Origin: Spirochaetales bacterium
GTDB lineage: Bacteria > Spirochaetota > Spirochaetia > CADAEX01
DNA: 64,000 nt
NCBI GenBank assembly: GCA_024233785.1
Contig: JACKPD010000013.1
Location: 665-64,664 of the forward strand
Reading direction: 5' to 3'
Part shown: positions 30,955 through 41,795 of the stretch, piece after piece
Position numbering within the stretch: position 1 is the first letter of the stretch
How the letters are laid out: every line of letters begins with the position of its first letter
Program-made: the position numbers and the translations under genes
Notes under the pieces: generated by a model
The model's database searches: none
What the model was told of the DNA's origin: nothing
What the model saw: only the letters and a program-made list of their open reading frames with translations

Positions 30955-31039
30955 TAAGATCTTCAGTAATAATGTTATGCGCAATAGCGTGAGGCATTTT
31001 GATTTAACTTCATGCGGGTCTTTCTCCGGAAACATCTGC

Positions 31040-31843
31040 ATGAAGTGTTTTTTTTCATTAATATTTCTATTTTACCTGTCAATTTTTTCCTGCGCGACGT
31101 CTGTCCCACTGAAAATCGGTGAAGATAATTCCCCAGAAGGCAGGGCAGTGTATCCTGAAGGTAATACTTACCGGACATTAGCTGAACTCTCTAAACCGCT
31201 CTCTCCGGATGAGCAGAAATTGCTGGTTTCGGCCGATTCACTTTTGGGCCGTCCCCCCGGCTCAAAAGTTACAGTAAACGGCCGGGTTTTTACCCTTGAC
31301 TGCATTGGCACGGTATGTGCTGTTTATTATGGAGTGGATTTTGATCTTACAAAGGATTTTTCAAGGTATCCGGGCAACGGAGTAAAAAGGCTCCATGCCA
31401 GCCTCGGAGAAAGGGGAGTACTTCACCGTGATAAATATCCCAGAACAGGCGATGTTGTTTTCTGGGACAATACATGGGACGCCAATGAAGACAACGATAA
31501 AAACAATGACCCGCTGACCCATGCCGGAGTTGTAATAAAGGTAGAAGATGATGGAACTGTTTATTACATGCATTCACATATAAAGAGGGGTATTATTGTA
31601 GAAGTAATGAATCTCAGACGCCCCACCGAATATTACGGGGATAACAGGAAAATCATAAATAACGCGCTTGCCATGGGTTCAGGAATTTCAAGGCCTGTTA
31701 ATCCTGAACACTGGCTTTCCGGTGATCTATGGAATACATTCGGTGATGTTATGAAAACAGGAGAATACTATTCCATTTCTACTGCTTTAAATAACTGTGA
31801 AACACTACAGGAACCTGCGGAAACAAGGATTTCATTGAAATAA
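31040..31843 (+). CDS. NlpC/P60 (C40)-like peptidase lipoprotein
   Basis: Lipoprotein signal MKCFFSLIFLFYLSIFSC. Cys (LDCIGTVCAVY) and His (THAGVV...MHSH) are arranged as in C40/CHAP hydrolases. The longer track ORF overlaps the upstream gene and lacks support. Confidence 0.6.
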   Translation: MKCFFSLIFLFYLSIFSCATSVPLKIGEDNSPEGRAVYPEGNTYRTLAELSKPLSPDEQKLLVSADSLLGRPPGSKVTVNGRVFTLDCIGTVCAVYYGVDFDLTKDFSRYPGNGVKRLHASLGERGVLHRDKYPRTGDVVFWDNTWDANEDNDKNNDPLTHAGVVIKVEDDGTVYYMHSHIKRGIIVEVMNLRRPTEYYGDNRKIINNALAMGSGISRPVNPEHWLSGDLWNTFGDVMKTGEYYSISTALNNCETLQEPAETRISLK

Positions 31844-31954
31844 TTGAGCACTTCCTGATGAAAATACGGCTTTATTGCTGATTACCTGCGGATTAAAAAT
31901 CGGCAGAACATTTTTTTTGTTTGATAGCTCTATAAGCGGGGAGGAAAATTAATT

Positions 31955-34612
31955 ATGCAGAAAATTTACAATGATCCCGATCCTGAAGAAACCAGGGACT
32001 GGATTGATTCATTAAAAGGGGTGATTGACAACGAAGGAGGGGAAAAAGGGGATTACCTGCTGTGTTCCCTTACCGACACTGCCCGCTCAAAAGGGGTGTC
32101 AACTTCACCCGGAATAATTTCTCCCTATGTGAATACGGTATTTCCACCGGATGCGGCAAAAATACCTGAAGACTCCCTTACTGCCAGAAATGTCGCCGCT
32201 TTTGTCCGCTGGAACGCGATGGCGATGGTTGTCCGCGCAAACAGGGGAGATATGCATCTCGGCGGGCATATCGCGAGTTTTTCTTCCTCATCAACGTTAT
32301 ATGAAGTGGGATTTGACTGGTTTTTCAGGGGGCCCGAGTCTGAATCGGGCGCTGATCTTATTTTTTTCCAGGGACATTCATCTCCGGGGATATATGCCCG
32401 CGCTTATGTCGAAGGACTGCTGACTGAGGAAAATCTTGAGAATTTCCGCCAGGAAATCGGAGGAAAGGGTCTTTCCTCATATCCGCATCCTTATCTTATG
32501 CCGGGGTTCTGGCAGTTCCCGACAGTTTCAATGGGACTCGGCCCCATGATGGCGATCTACCAGGCGAAATTTATGAAATATCTTGAAGCAAGGGAGATTA
32601 TTCCGGCGACTGGACGGAAAATCTGGGTTTTCATGGGGGATGGTGAATCTGATGAACCGGAATCCCGCGGAGCCTTATCCCTTGCCGCCAGGGAAAAACT
32701 GGACAACCTTATATTTGTTGTTAACTGCAACCTGCAGAGACTTGACGGCCCTGTAAGGGGAAACGGAAAAATAGTACAGGAACTGGAAGGGGTCTTCAGG
32801 GGAGCCGGCTGGAATGTCATAAAACTGATATGGGGATCTGAGTGGGATGAAATTATGGCCCGTGATAAAAAAGGGCTTCTTTATAAAAAATTCAACTCCA
32901 TGGTTGACGGTGATTTTCAGACAATAAGATCAAAAGGGCCTGAATATCTGCGTGAAAAGGTCTTCGGAGATGACCCCGGGCTGCTTGAGCTTGTAAAGGA
33001 TAAAACCGACAGGGAACTCTGGCAGATGTCGAGGGGCGGTCATGACCCGAGAAAGGTCTATACCGCTTATTCCGAAGCTGTAAAACATACTGGTGAACCT
33101 ACCGTAATACTCGCCAAGACAATAAAGGGGTTCGGGCTGGGGAAAGACGGCGAATCAGCGATGGGAGCGCACAACGTAAAAGTCCTTGATGTTGAGGCTC
33201 TTAAGCAGTTCCGCGACCGTTTTCATGTACCGGTTGCTGATGACGACCTTGCGGGCCTCCCGTACATAAAGCCGAAAGAGGGAAGCAGCGAGGCGGAATT
33301 CATAAAGCGGCAGAGACAAATACTGGGCGGCTTTGTACCGTCAAGAAAATATAAAAAAGAAAAGCTTGAACTCCCCCCATTAAAAATATTTCAGAGCCTT
33401 CTTGAATCTTCCGGTGAAAGGGAGATTTCCACAACTATGGCTTTTGTCAGGCTTCTCGGGGTGCTCTTAAAGGATAAATCAATCGGAAAGAGAATTGTAC
33501 CGATAGTCCCGGATGAGGCGCGTACTTTCGGTATGGAAGGCCTTTTCCGGCAGCTCGGGATTTATTCATCCGCCGGCCAGCAGTATGAGCCCCAGGATTC
33601 TGAATCCCTGATGTGGTACAGGGAAGATACAAAGGGCCAGATTTTTGAGGAGGGGATAACCGAAGCTGGCTCCTTTTCCTCCTGGATAGCGGCGGCAACA
33701 TCATACGCAAATTACGGCAAGGTTATGATACCTTTCTATATCTACTATTCCATGTTCGGTTTCCAGAGAATTGGGGACCTTGCCTGGGCAGCGGGGGACA
33801 GCCGGGCGAGGGGATTCCTCCTTGGTGCTACCGCCGGAAGGACAACCCTTAACGGAGAGGGGCTGCAGCATCAGGACGGGCACGGCCTTCTGCTTGCCTC
33901 GACACTTCCTAACTGCGTTTCCTACGATCCTGCCTTTTCCTATGAGCTTGCCGTTATTATCCATGACGGACTTAAGAGGATGTATGAAAACGAAGAGGAT
34001 GTCTATTACTACATAACGCTGATGAACGAGAATTACATACAGCCGGAAATGCCTGCAGGAGCGGCTGAAGGTATTATTAAAGGGGCATATCTTTTCAGAA
34101 AAGGGGAAGAGGGCAAGACAAGGGTGCAGCTTATGGGAAGCGGAACAATCCTCAGGGAGGTTATCGCCGCCTCAGATCTTCTTAAAAAGGACTTTGGAAT
34201 TGAATCAGATATCTGGAGTGTCCCGGGGATAAATCAGCTGCACAGGGAAGGTATAGAAGCTGAAAGATGGAACATGACCCACCCGGGCGAGAAGAAAAAA
34301 GTGCCGTACCTCACAAAGATTCTGAAAGGGTACAGCGGCCCGTTTGTAATCAGCACTGATTATGTTAAAGCCTATCAGGAGCAGATACGCCGTTTTATCC
34401 CTGGGCAGCTCACTGTTCTGGGAACTGACGGATACGGGAGGAGCGATTCAAGGGAAAACCTGCGCCGGTTTTTTGAGGTTGACAGGCATTATATTGTTGT
34501 CGCCTCTCTTGCGGCCCTCCTTGAAGATGGAAAGGTAAAGGCGGAAGTCGTTCAGAAAGCAATAAAGAAATACAAGATTGATCCTGAAAAACTCAATCCA
34601 GCGGTCAGCTAG
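31955..34612 (+). CDS. aceE: Pyruvate dehydrogenase E1 component (homodimeric type)
   Basis: 885 aa. N-terminal DPEETRDWIDSL, the TPP motif region and the GDGESDEPES motif are characteristic of AceE. Confidence 0.95.
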   Translation: MQKIYNDPDPEETRDWIDSLKGVIDNEGGEKGDYLLCSLTDTARSKGVSTSPGIISPYVNTVFPPDAAKIPEDSLTARNVAAFVRWNAMAMVVRANRGDMHLGGHIASFSSSSTLYEVGFDWFFRGPESESGADLIFFQGHSSPGIYARAYVEGLLTEENLENFRQEIGGKGLSSYPHPYLMPGFWQFPTVSMGLGPMMAIYQAKFMKYLEAREIIPATGRKIWVFMGDGESDEPESRGALSLAAREKLDNLIFVVNCNLQRLDGPVRGNGKIVQELEGVFRGAGWNVIKLIWGSEWDEIMARDKKGLLYKKFNSMVDGDFQTIRSKGPEYLREKVFGDDPGLLELVKDKTDRELWQMSRGGHDPRKVYTAYSEAVKHTGEPTVILAKTIKGFGLGKDGESAMGAHNVKVLDVEALKQFRDRFHVPVADDDLAGLPYIKPKEGSSEAEFIKRQRQILGGFVPSRKYKKEKLELPPLKIFQSLLESSGEREISTTMAFVRLLGVLLKDKSIGKRIVPIVPDEARTFGMEGLFRQLGIYSSAGQQYEPQDSESLMWYREDTKGQIFEEGITEAGSFSSWIAAATSYANYGKVMIPFYIYYSMFGFQRIGDLAWAAGDSRARGFLLGATAGRTTLNGEGLQHQDGHGLLLASTLPNCVSYDPAFSYELAVIIHDGLKRMYENEEDVYYYITLMNENYIQPEMPAGAAEGIIKGAYLFRKGEEGKTRVQLMGSGTILREVIAASDLLKKDFGIESDIWSVPGINQLHREGIEAERWNMTHPGEKKKVPYLTKILKGYSGPFVISTDYVKAYQEQIRRFIPGQLTVLGTDGYGRSDSRENLRRFFEVDRHYIVVASLAALLEDGKVKAEVVQKAIKKYKIDPEKLNPAVS

Positions 34613-34658
34613 CCCTGTGCTCTCACAAAGGCGTGCGGCCCATTAGGAGAAAAACGAT

Positions 34659-36035
34659 ATGGCAAAAAAGGAAATTGCGGTTCCTGATATTGGTAAATTC
34701 GAAAATGTAAATATTGTTGAAGTATATGTTTCAGCAGGCGATGTAATCGCCCCTGAAGACCCTGTCCTTTCACTTGAAAGCGACAAGGCTGTAATGGATA
34801 TACCATCACCATTCGCCGGAAAGATTGCCGAGGTTAAGGTAAAAGCGGGCGGAGCAGTCTCTGAAGGTGATATTATCGCTTTGATTGAAACGGATGATGC
34901 GGGAGCAGAGAGTAAAAAAGAGGAGCAGAAGGAAACAGCTCCGGCTGCCGCGGGCGGAGATAAGACAGTCGAGAAGAAGAGTGAAAAGAAACAGCCGGAA
35001 GTAAAAAAGCCTGAGGAAAAGCTGCCGGAAGTAATATCATCTGCAGCTGAAAACGCTGCTGATAAAGGTCAGACAGGTATTGTCCGGGGAAATGAGCCGG
35101 CATCTGTTTATCATGCGACCCCATCTGTCAGGATTCTTGCAAGAGAACTTGGCGTTGATCTCGGATTGATCAGGGCTACCGGTCCGAAAGGGAGGATCCT
35201 AAAGGAAGATCTCTATAAAACAGTATCATCAGCGATGAAAGGCTATAGCGCATCTTCTTCAGATAAAACCGGCGCGCCGGGACTGCCCCCTCTGCCTGTT
35301 GTTTCACTTGAGGATTTTAAGGAATTCGGCCCGCTTGAAGAGGCGCCTCTCAGCAGGATAAAAAAACTCTCAGGGACAAAAGTCCACCAGAACTGGGCCG
35401 GCATTCCGCAGGTCACCCATTTCGAAGAGGCTGATGTAACTATACTTGAGGATTTCAGGAAAGAGCTTAATAATGAAAAAAGCAATACCGGAGTAAAGTA
35501 TACAATGCTGCCGTTTGTCCTCAAGGCGCTTGTGTCTGCGCTGATGGAATATCCTGACTTTAATTCCTCAATTGATACTGCCGGTGGCATAATTATAAGG
35601 AAAAAATACTATAATATCGGGGTAGCGGTTGATACCCCCGCGGGACTTGTTTTCCCTGTTGTCAAAAACGCTGACAGAAAAGGGGTAACTGAAATAGCTG
35701 AAGAGCTTTCATCTTTAAGCAGTAAGGCACGCGAGGGAAAGCTTAAGCTTGATGAAATTCAGGGCAGTTCCTTCAGCATCTCAAGCCTTGGGGGAATCGG
35801 AGGAACCGGTTTTACACCGATAGTTAACCATCCCGAGGCGGCCATCCTCGGCATCTCAAGGATGTCTGTAAAACCGGTTTGGAACAGGGATAAATTTGAG
35901 CCCAGAAAAGTGCTGCCGTTCTGTGTTACCTATGATCACAGGATAATCGACGGTGCTCAGGCCGCCTATTTCTCAAAGCATCTTTCCGGGCTTATCGGAG
36001 ATATAAGAAGGATAATACTGGGAAGCCCTGTCTAG
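34659..36035 (+). CDS. aceF: Dihydrolipoamide acetyltransferase E2 (single lipoyl domain)
   Basis: Lipoyl-lysine motif LESDKAVMDIPS, an Ala/Lys/Glu-rich linker, subunit-binding ATPSVRILARELGVDL and catalytic DHRIIDGA. Confidence 0.9.
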   Translation: MAKKEIAVPDIGKFENVNIVEVYVSAGDVIAPEDPVLSLESDKAVMDIPSPFAGKIAEVKVKAGGAVSEGDIIALIETDDAGAESKKEEQKETAPAAAGGDKTVEKKSEKKQPEVKKPEEKLPEVISSAAENAADKGQTGIVRGNEPASVYHATPSVRILARELGVDLGLIRATGPKGRILKEDLYKTVSSAMKGYSASSSDKTGAPGLPPLPVVSLEDFKEFGPLEEAPLSRIKKLSGTKVHQNWAGIPQVTHFEEADVTILEDFRKELNNEKSNTGVKYTMLPFVLKALVSALMEYPDFNSSIDTAGGIIIRKKYYNIGVAVDTPAGLVFPVVKNADRKGVTEIAEELSSLSSKAREGKLKLDEIQGSSFSISSLGGIGGTGFTPIVNHPEAAILGISRMSVKPVWNRDKFEPRKVLPFCVTYDHRIIDGAQAAYFSKHLSGLIGDIRRIILGSPV

Positions 36036-36113
36036 CTTAAAAATATATTTTTAAAGCTGATAAAGGCAGCTTTTCCTGATAAATTTACAGTAAACAGAAA
36101 AGGGGTAGATATT

Positions 36114-37526
36114 ATGGCAGAAAAAATAAACGCGGATCTTCTTGTTGTCGGAGGAGGCCCCGGCGGATATACAGCGGCTTTCAGGGCAGCAGACCTGGGC
36201 CTTTCGGTAACACTGCTTGAAAAACAGGAGAGGCTTGGGGGCGTCTGCCTTAATGTCGGCTGCATTCCGTCGAAAACGTTACTCCATGCCGCTTCCGTTA
36301 TTGAGGATGCGGAAAAAATATCGTCATACGGTGTTAAGTACGGAAAGCCTGAAATAGATCTCGATGCGATGAGGCAGAACAAGGACACAGTAGTGAAAAA
36401 ACTCACCGACGGCCTTGAGCTGCTGTGCAATGCAAGGAAGATAAAGATTGTAAAGGGCGCCGGAAAATTCAAGGACAGCAGAACAGTTTCTGTTGAAGGA
36501 AACAGCGAAGTCGCCGAGATCGGTTTTAAAAACTGCATAATTGCCGCCGGCTCACGGCCTGTAAAGCTTCCGATATTCCCTGAAGATCCCGGGATATGGG
36601 ATTCCACAGACGCGCTTGAGGTAAAAGAGGTGCCGGGGAAGCTTCTTGTTGTAGGAGGGGGTATCATCGGCCTTGAAATGGCGACAGTCTACCACTCCCT
36701 CGGCTCTTCCGTTACTGTTGTCGAGATGCTTGACCAGATCATTCCCCCTGCAGACGCGGATGTCGTAAAGCCCCTTTTCAGGAAGCTTAAAAAATCCCTT
36801 GAGGCAATTCTTCTTGAAACAGAAATTGTCAAGGCTGAGAAGACCGGAAACTCTTTCACAGTTACAATGAAGGACAAAAAGGGAACTGAAAAAACAGCTG
36901 TTTACGACAGGATCCTTGTCGCTGTGGGAAGAAGGCCGAACACTGCCTCTGTCGAACCTGAAAAGGCAGGAATAGAAACTGAAAAAGGGTTTATCAAAGT
37001 CAATGACAGGATGCAGACCAGCGTAGATGGGATATACGCTATCGGCGACATCACGGGCAACCCGATGCTTGCACACAGGGCGTCTCACCAGGGCAAAATA
37101 GCGGCCGAAGTAATTTCAGGGTTAAAGTCCGCCTTTACGCCGATGACAATCCCGTCTGTAGCCTACACAAGCCCCGAGGTAGCGTGGATGGGCATAACTG
37201 AAAAGGATGCCGTGCGCGACAACATACCGTTTAAGAAAGGCGTTTTCCCATGGGCGGCCAGCGGCAGGGCCCTGAGTGCGGATAACGCTCTCGGCAGCAC
37301 AAAGGTACTCTTCGACCCTGAAACAGGAAGGATAATCGGCGCCGGCATTGCAGGCTATAACGCTGGCGAACTTATATCGGAGGCTGTCCTTGCCATGGAG
37401 ATGGGATGCGACGCCGAGGACATCGGCAGCACTGTTCATCCTCACCCGACACTGGCAGAAACCATAGCCTTCGCATCGGAAGCTGCTGCCGGCACTGTCA
37501 CGGATATCCTGCCCCCCAAAGCCTGA
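36114..37526 (+). CDS. lpdA: Dihydrolipoyl dehydrogenase E3
   Basis: GGGPGGY FAD motif, redox-active CLNVGCIPSK and C-terminal HPHPTLAE. Confidence 0.95.
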   Translation: MAEKINADLLVVGGGPGGYTAAFRAADLGLSVTLLEKQERLGGVCLNVGCIPSKTLLHAASVIEDAEKISSYGVKYGKPEIDLDAMRQNKDTVVKKLTDGLELLCNARKIKIVKGAGKFKDSRTVSVEGNSEVAEIGFKNCIIAAGSRPVKLPIFPEDPGIWDSTDALEVKEVPGKLLVVGGGIIGLEMATVYHSLGSSVTVVEMLDQIIPPADADVVKPLFRKLKKSLEAILLETEIVKAEKTGNSFTVTMKDKKGTEKTAVYDRILVAVGRRPNTASVEPEKAGIETEKGFIKVNDRMQTSVDGIYAIGDITGNPMLAHRASHQGKIAAEVISGLKSAFTPMTIPSVAYTSPEVAWMGITEKDAVRDNIPFKKGVFPWAASGRALSADNALGSTKVLFDPETGRIIGAGIAGYNAGELISEAVLAMEMGCDAEDIGSTVHPHPTLAETIAFASEAAAGTVTDILPPKA

Positions 37527-37644
37527 AAGAGCCCTGTAAGAAGGCCGTCTGACGGAAGCCCGGTTTTTCCTGCCGGGCGGCTTCAGGGATATTATTCACA
37601 AAACCATCCTTAAAATGCAGAAACAATAATACTGCGTTTTATAC

Positions 37645-37673
37645 TTGACTTCTCCTATCTTTTGATTTACAAT
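37645..37673 (+). promoter_or_regulatory. Sigma-70-type promoter of the Type I R-M operon
   Basis: TTGACT (37645-37650), a 17-nt spacer, then TACAAT (37668-37673). Confidence 0.55.
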
Positions 37674-37700
37674 ATACAGTAATAACATTTCTGTATATTG
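37670..37700. promoter_or_regulatory. 10-bp perfect inverted repeat overlapping the -10 box and the first start codon
   Basis: caatatacag (37670-37679) and ctgtatattg (37691-37700) with an 11-nt spacer. The left arm overlaps TACAAT and the right arm ends in the GTG start of the half-size hsdS. Confidence 0.4.
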
Positions 37701-38290
37701 TGGGGATTTGTTTGCATACAAAACTTAAAAACATTGCAACGGTGCAGATGGGATACTCATTCAGGTCCCGTCTCGAAGCCTCAGGAAGTGGGGCAATTGC
37801 GGTTATTCAGATGAAGGATCTGCTGGGTGACAACACGGTCGGCTGTGATGATTTGGTCAGGATTGATTTGGATGCCGTGAAAGAGCATCACCTCGCGCAA
37901 AGAGGCGATCTTGTATTCAGGTCCCGTGGGGCTCTGACTACGGCAGCGATTCTTCTTGAAGATCCGGGCAGGGCAGTTGTCGCCGCTCCTTTATTAAGAA
38001 TAAGAGTGAAAAAGCCGGACAAGGTTTTACCAGAGTATCTGAACTGGTACATCAGCCAGCGCGATGCCCAGATTTTTCTTACCAGCAGGGCCAAAGGCAC
38101 GGTTCAGAAAATGATCAGCAAGCAGGCGATAGAAGATCTGGAAGTGGTGCTGCCAGGTCTGGAAAAGCAAAAAAACATCCTGGATCTGGCATCACTGCTT
38201 GCACGGGAAAAAAAATTGCTTCAACAGATTTCAGATAAACGGGAACAATACATTTCATCAGTACTCATGCATTTTGCAAAAGGAGAATAA
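37700..38290 (+). CDS. hsdS: Type I R-M specificity subunit, half-size (single target-recognition domain)
   Basis: 196 aa with one TRD (KLKNIATVQMGYSFRS...) plus the conserved helical region LPGLEKQKNILDLASLLAREKKLLQQI. GTG start without an obvious SD. Confidence 0.75.
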   Translation: MGICLHTKLKNIATVQMGYSFRSRLEASGSGAIAVIQMKDLLGDNTVGCDDLVRIDLDAVKEHHLAQRGDLVFRSRGALTTAAILLEDPGRAVVAAPLLRIRVKKPDKVLPEYLNWYISQRDAQIFLTSRAKGTVQKMISKQAIEDLEVVLPGLEKQKNILDLASLLAREKKLLQQISDKREQYISSVLMHFAKGE

Positions 38291-38293
38291 AAC

Positions 38294-39858
<1,565 letters not shown>

Positions 39859-39862
<4 letters not shown>

Positions 39863-40710
39863 GTAACAAAGATATCGAAAGACAGTATCACCAGACATTT
39901 GAGGAACTTAAGAAAATTGGAGATAGCAATGCCGAATTTTGGTATGCGAGGGATATGCAGGTTACATTGGATTATTCCAGTTGGGACAAATTCAAGCGGG
40001 TAATACTAAAAGCAATCGCGGCTTGCGAAAACTCCGGTCAGACAGCCAGTAGCCATTTTTCCCAAGTGGGAAAAATGGTTCAGCTTGGATCCGGTAGTCA
40101 ACGTGAAATTGAGGATTACCGGCTCTCCCGCTACGCCTGCTATTTGATTGTACAGAATGGTGATCCCTCAAAGCCGGTTATAGCCAACGGACAGACCTAT
40201 TTTGCCATTCAGACCCGTCGACAGGAATTGGCCGACGACGAAGCCTTTCAGCGTTTGAAGGAAGATGAAAAACGCCTGTTTCTGCGTAATGAAATGAAGG
40301 AGCATAACAAGAAGCTCGTTGAAGCGGCCCAGCAGGCTGGAGTGGAGTCCAATCTGGATTTCGCCATCTTCCAGAACCACGGCTACAAAGGGCTTTACGG
40401 AGGACTTGATGCCAAGGGGATTCATGCCCGCAAAGGGTTGAAAAAGAGCCAGCAGATTCTGGATAACATGGGTAGCACTGAGATGGCCGCCAATCTCTTC
40501 CGAGCCACACAGACCGAAGAAAAACTCCGTCGGGAAAATATTCAGGGCAAAACCAGGGCCAATACAACCCATTTTGAAGTCGGAAAGAAAGTTCGAAAAA
40601 CCATTGAAGAACTGGGCGGCACCATGCCGGAAGACCTTCCAACACCGGATGAAGATTTGAAGAAGCTGGAAAAACGGACGCAAAAAAAGCTGGGATACTA
40701 CCACGAATGA
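39859..40710 (+). CDS. dinD: DNA-damage-inducible protein D homologue
   Basis: Long identical stretches to E. coli DinD as I remember it (LSRYACYL.VQNGDP.KPVIA.GQTYFAIQTRRQELADDEAF...EDEKRLFLRNE.KEHNK.LVEAAQQAGV...FAIFQNHGY.GLYGGLD). ATGA overlap with the hsdM stop. Confidence 0.85.
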
Positions 40711-40802
40711 ATATGGATAAACTCATATATTTTATAGGACCGCATAAACAAAATTCGCTGAAGCAATTATGGGCCGAGAAGCTCAGGGAGATTGAGAGGT
40801 GA
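40707..40802 (+). other. 31-codon mini-ORF carrying an hsdM C-terminal relic
   Basis: Encodes MNMDKLIYFIGPHKQNSLKQLWAEKLREIER*. Its ATG overlaps the dinD stop (ATGA) and its TGA overlaps the GTG start of the ORF6N gene (GTGA). The tail ...AEKLREIER resembles the HsdM tail ...MAGKLREIQR. Confidence 0.45.
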
Positions 40803-40806
40803 GTAA
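40778..40806 (+). repeat. Junction repeat J2
   Basis: gaagctcagggagattgagagGTGAgtaa. The first 16 nt are identical to J1, followed by 3 substitutions. Confidence 0.9.
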
Positions 40807-41695
40807 GGATAACGAAATCGTTTTATCAGATACCCTTCAAAAAATGATCTTTACCATTAGGGGGATCCAGGTGATGATCGATCGGGATTTGGCAGAGCTG
40901 TATCAAGTTGAAAATAAACGTCTCAATGAACAGGCCAAACGCAATATTACCCGATTTCCGGAATCTTTCAGATTTCAGCTTACGGATCAGGAAAAAAATG
41001 AACTGGTCGCAATTTGCGACCGGTTCGAGTCCTTGAAACATTCGACTGCAAATCCCTATGCATTCTCCGAACAGGGTGTATCCATGCTTTCTGCTGTTCT
41101 GCGTAGTGAAACTGCCATCAAGGTCAGTATTCAGATCATCAACGCCTTTGTTGATATGCGGCGATTCATTCAGAATAATGCCAATATTTTTACCAGACTG
41201 GATTCTGTGGAACGCCGTCAAATAGCTTTTGAATCAGAGACAGAAAAGAAGTTTGAAAAGGTGTTTCAAGCTCTCGGAGCAGGTGAGCCGCCTAAACAGG
41301 GCGTTTTTTATGATGGTCAGGTCTATGATGCCTATGCTTTTGTTGCTGACCTTATTCGCAAAGCAAAGAGCAGCCTCATTCTCATTGATAATTATGTTGA
41401 TGATTCGGTTCTGACTCTCCTCAGCAAGCGTAAAAATGGGGTCTCGGCAACCATCTACACAAAAGCTGTTTCCAGACAACTTGCACTGGACATCAAAAAA
41501 TATAATGAGCAATACTCACCCATCAAACTCGAAACGTTAGAAAAAGTTCACGACCGCTTTCTGATTATCGACGAAAAAGAGATTTACCACATTGGCGCTT
41601 CACTGAAAGACCTTGGTAAAAAATGGTTCGCCTTCTCTAAGTTTGAATCCGGGACTGTCGAAATGCTCAAAAAACTTGGAGGAACCCACGGATGA
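40799..41695 (+). CDS. ORF6N-domain protein with PLD-like (HxR-x4-D) C-terminal domain
   Basis: N-terminal IRGIQVMIDRDLAELYQVENKRLNEQAKRNITRFPESFRFQLT is the ORF6N/KilA-N-like DNA-binding domain. The C-terminal VHDRFLIIDEKEIYHIGASLKD resembles a PLD HKD motif with Lys replaced by Arg. Confidence 0.8.
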   Translation: MSKDNEIVLSDTLQKMIFTIRGIQVMIDRDLAELYQVENKRLNEQAKRNITRFPESFRFQLTDQEKNELVAICDRFESLKHSTANPYAFSEQGVSMLSAVLRSETAIKVSIQIINAFVDMRRFIQNNANIFTRLDSVERRQIAFESETEKKFEKVFQALGAGEPPKQGVFYDGQVYDAYAFVADLIRKAKSSLILIDNYVDDSVLTLLSKRKNGVSATIYTKAVSRQLALDIKKYNEQYSPIKLETLEKVHDRFLIIDEKEIYHIGASLKDLGKKWFAFSKFESGTVEMLKKLGGTHG

Positions 41696-41793
41696 ACACG
41701 AAAGTTAATGATGAATGTTCAGTGATGAGTGATGAATTAAAAAACAACTCAGCACTTCTCGCAGGTGCATGGCTCCAGGAGATTCAGCGATGA
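41692..41793 (+). other. 33-codon mini-ORF carrying an hsdM C-terminal relic
   Basis: Encodes MNTKVNDECSVMSDELKNNSALLAGAWLQEIQR*. Its ATG overlaps the ORF6N stop (ATGA) and its TGA overlaps the hsdS ATG (ATGA). Confidence 0.45.
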
Positions 41794-41795
41794 GT
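41773..41795 (+). repeat. Junction repeat J3
   Basis: ctccaggagattcagcgATGAgt. The 18 nt ggagattcagcgatgagt are identical to J1. Confidence 0.9.

Noticed and set aside
36032-36667. Long antisense ORFs in the track lie opposite well-supported genes. Examples: 36032-36667(-), 36552-37088(-), 39152-39898(-), 40168-40726(-), 42674-43366(-), 17099-17704(+), 26834-27499(+), 53342-54004(+), 61639-62205(-), 12880-13452(-).
   Set aside because: Each lies entirely within a strongly supported gene on the other strand. They have low-complexity or Ser/Pro/Arg-rich translations and no RBS. They are typical shadow ORFs of codon-biased genes.
37555-37584. A GC-rich imperfect hairpin (gaagcccgg...ccgggcggcttc) downstream of lpd is a possible terminator or island boundary marker.
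   Set aside because: The stem needs a 3-nt bulge and is not followed by a U-tract. It may still act as a weak terminator, but the evidence is insufficient to annotate it.
41769-41789. The track start of the full-length hsdS at ATG 41769 (MAPGDSA...).
   Set aside because: These 21 nt belong to the hsdM-tail relic/mini-ORF2 read in another frame. ATG 41790 reproduces the ATGA stop-start coupling seen at the other junctions.
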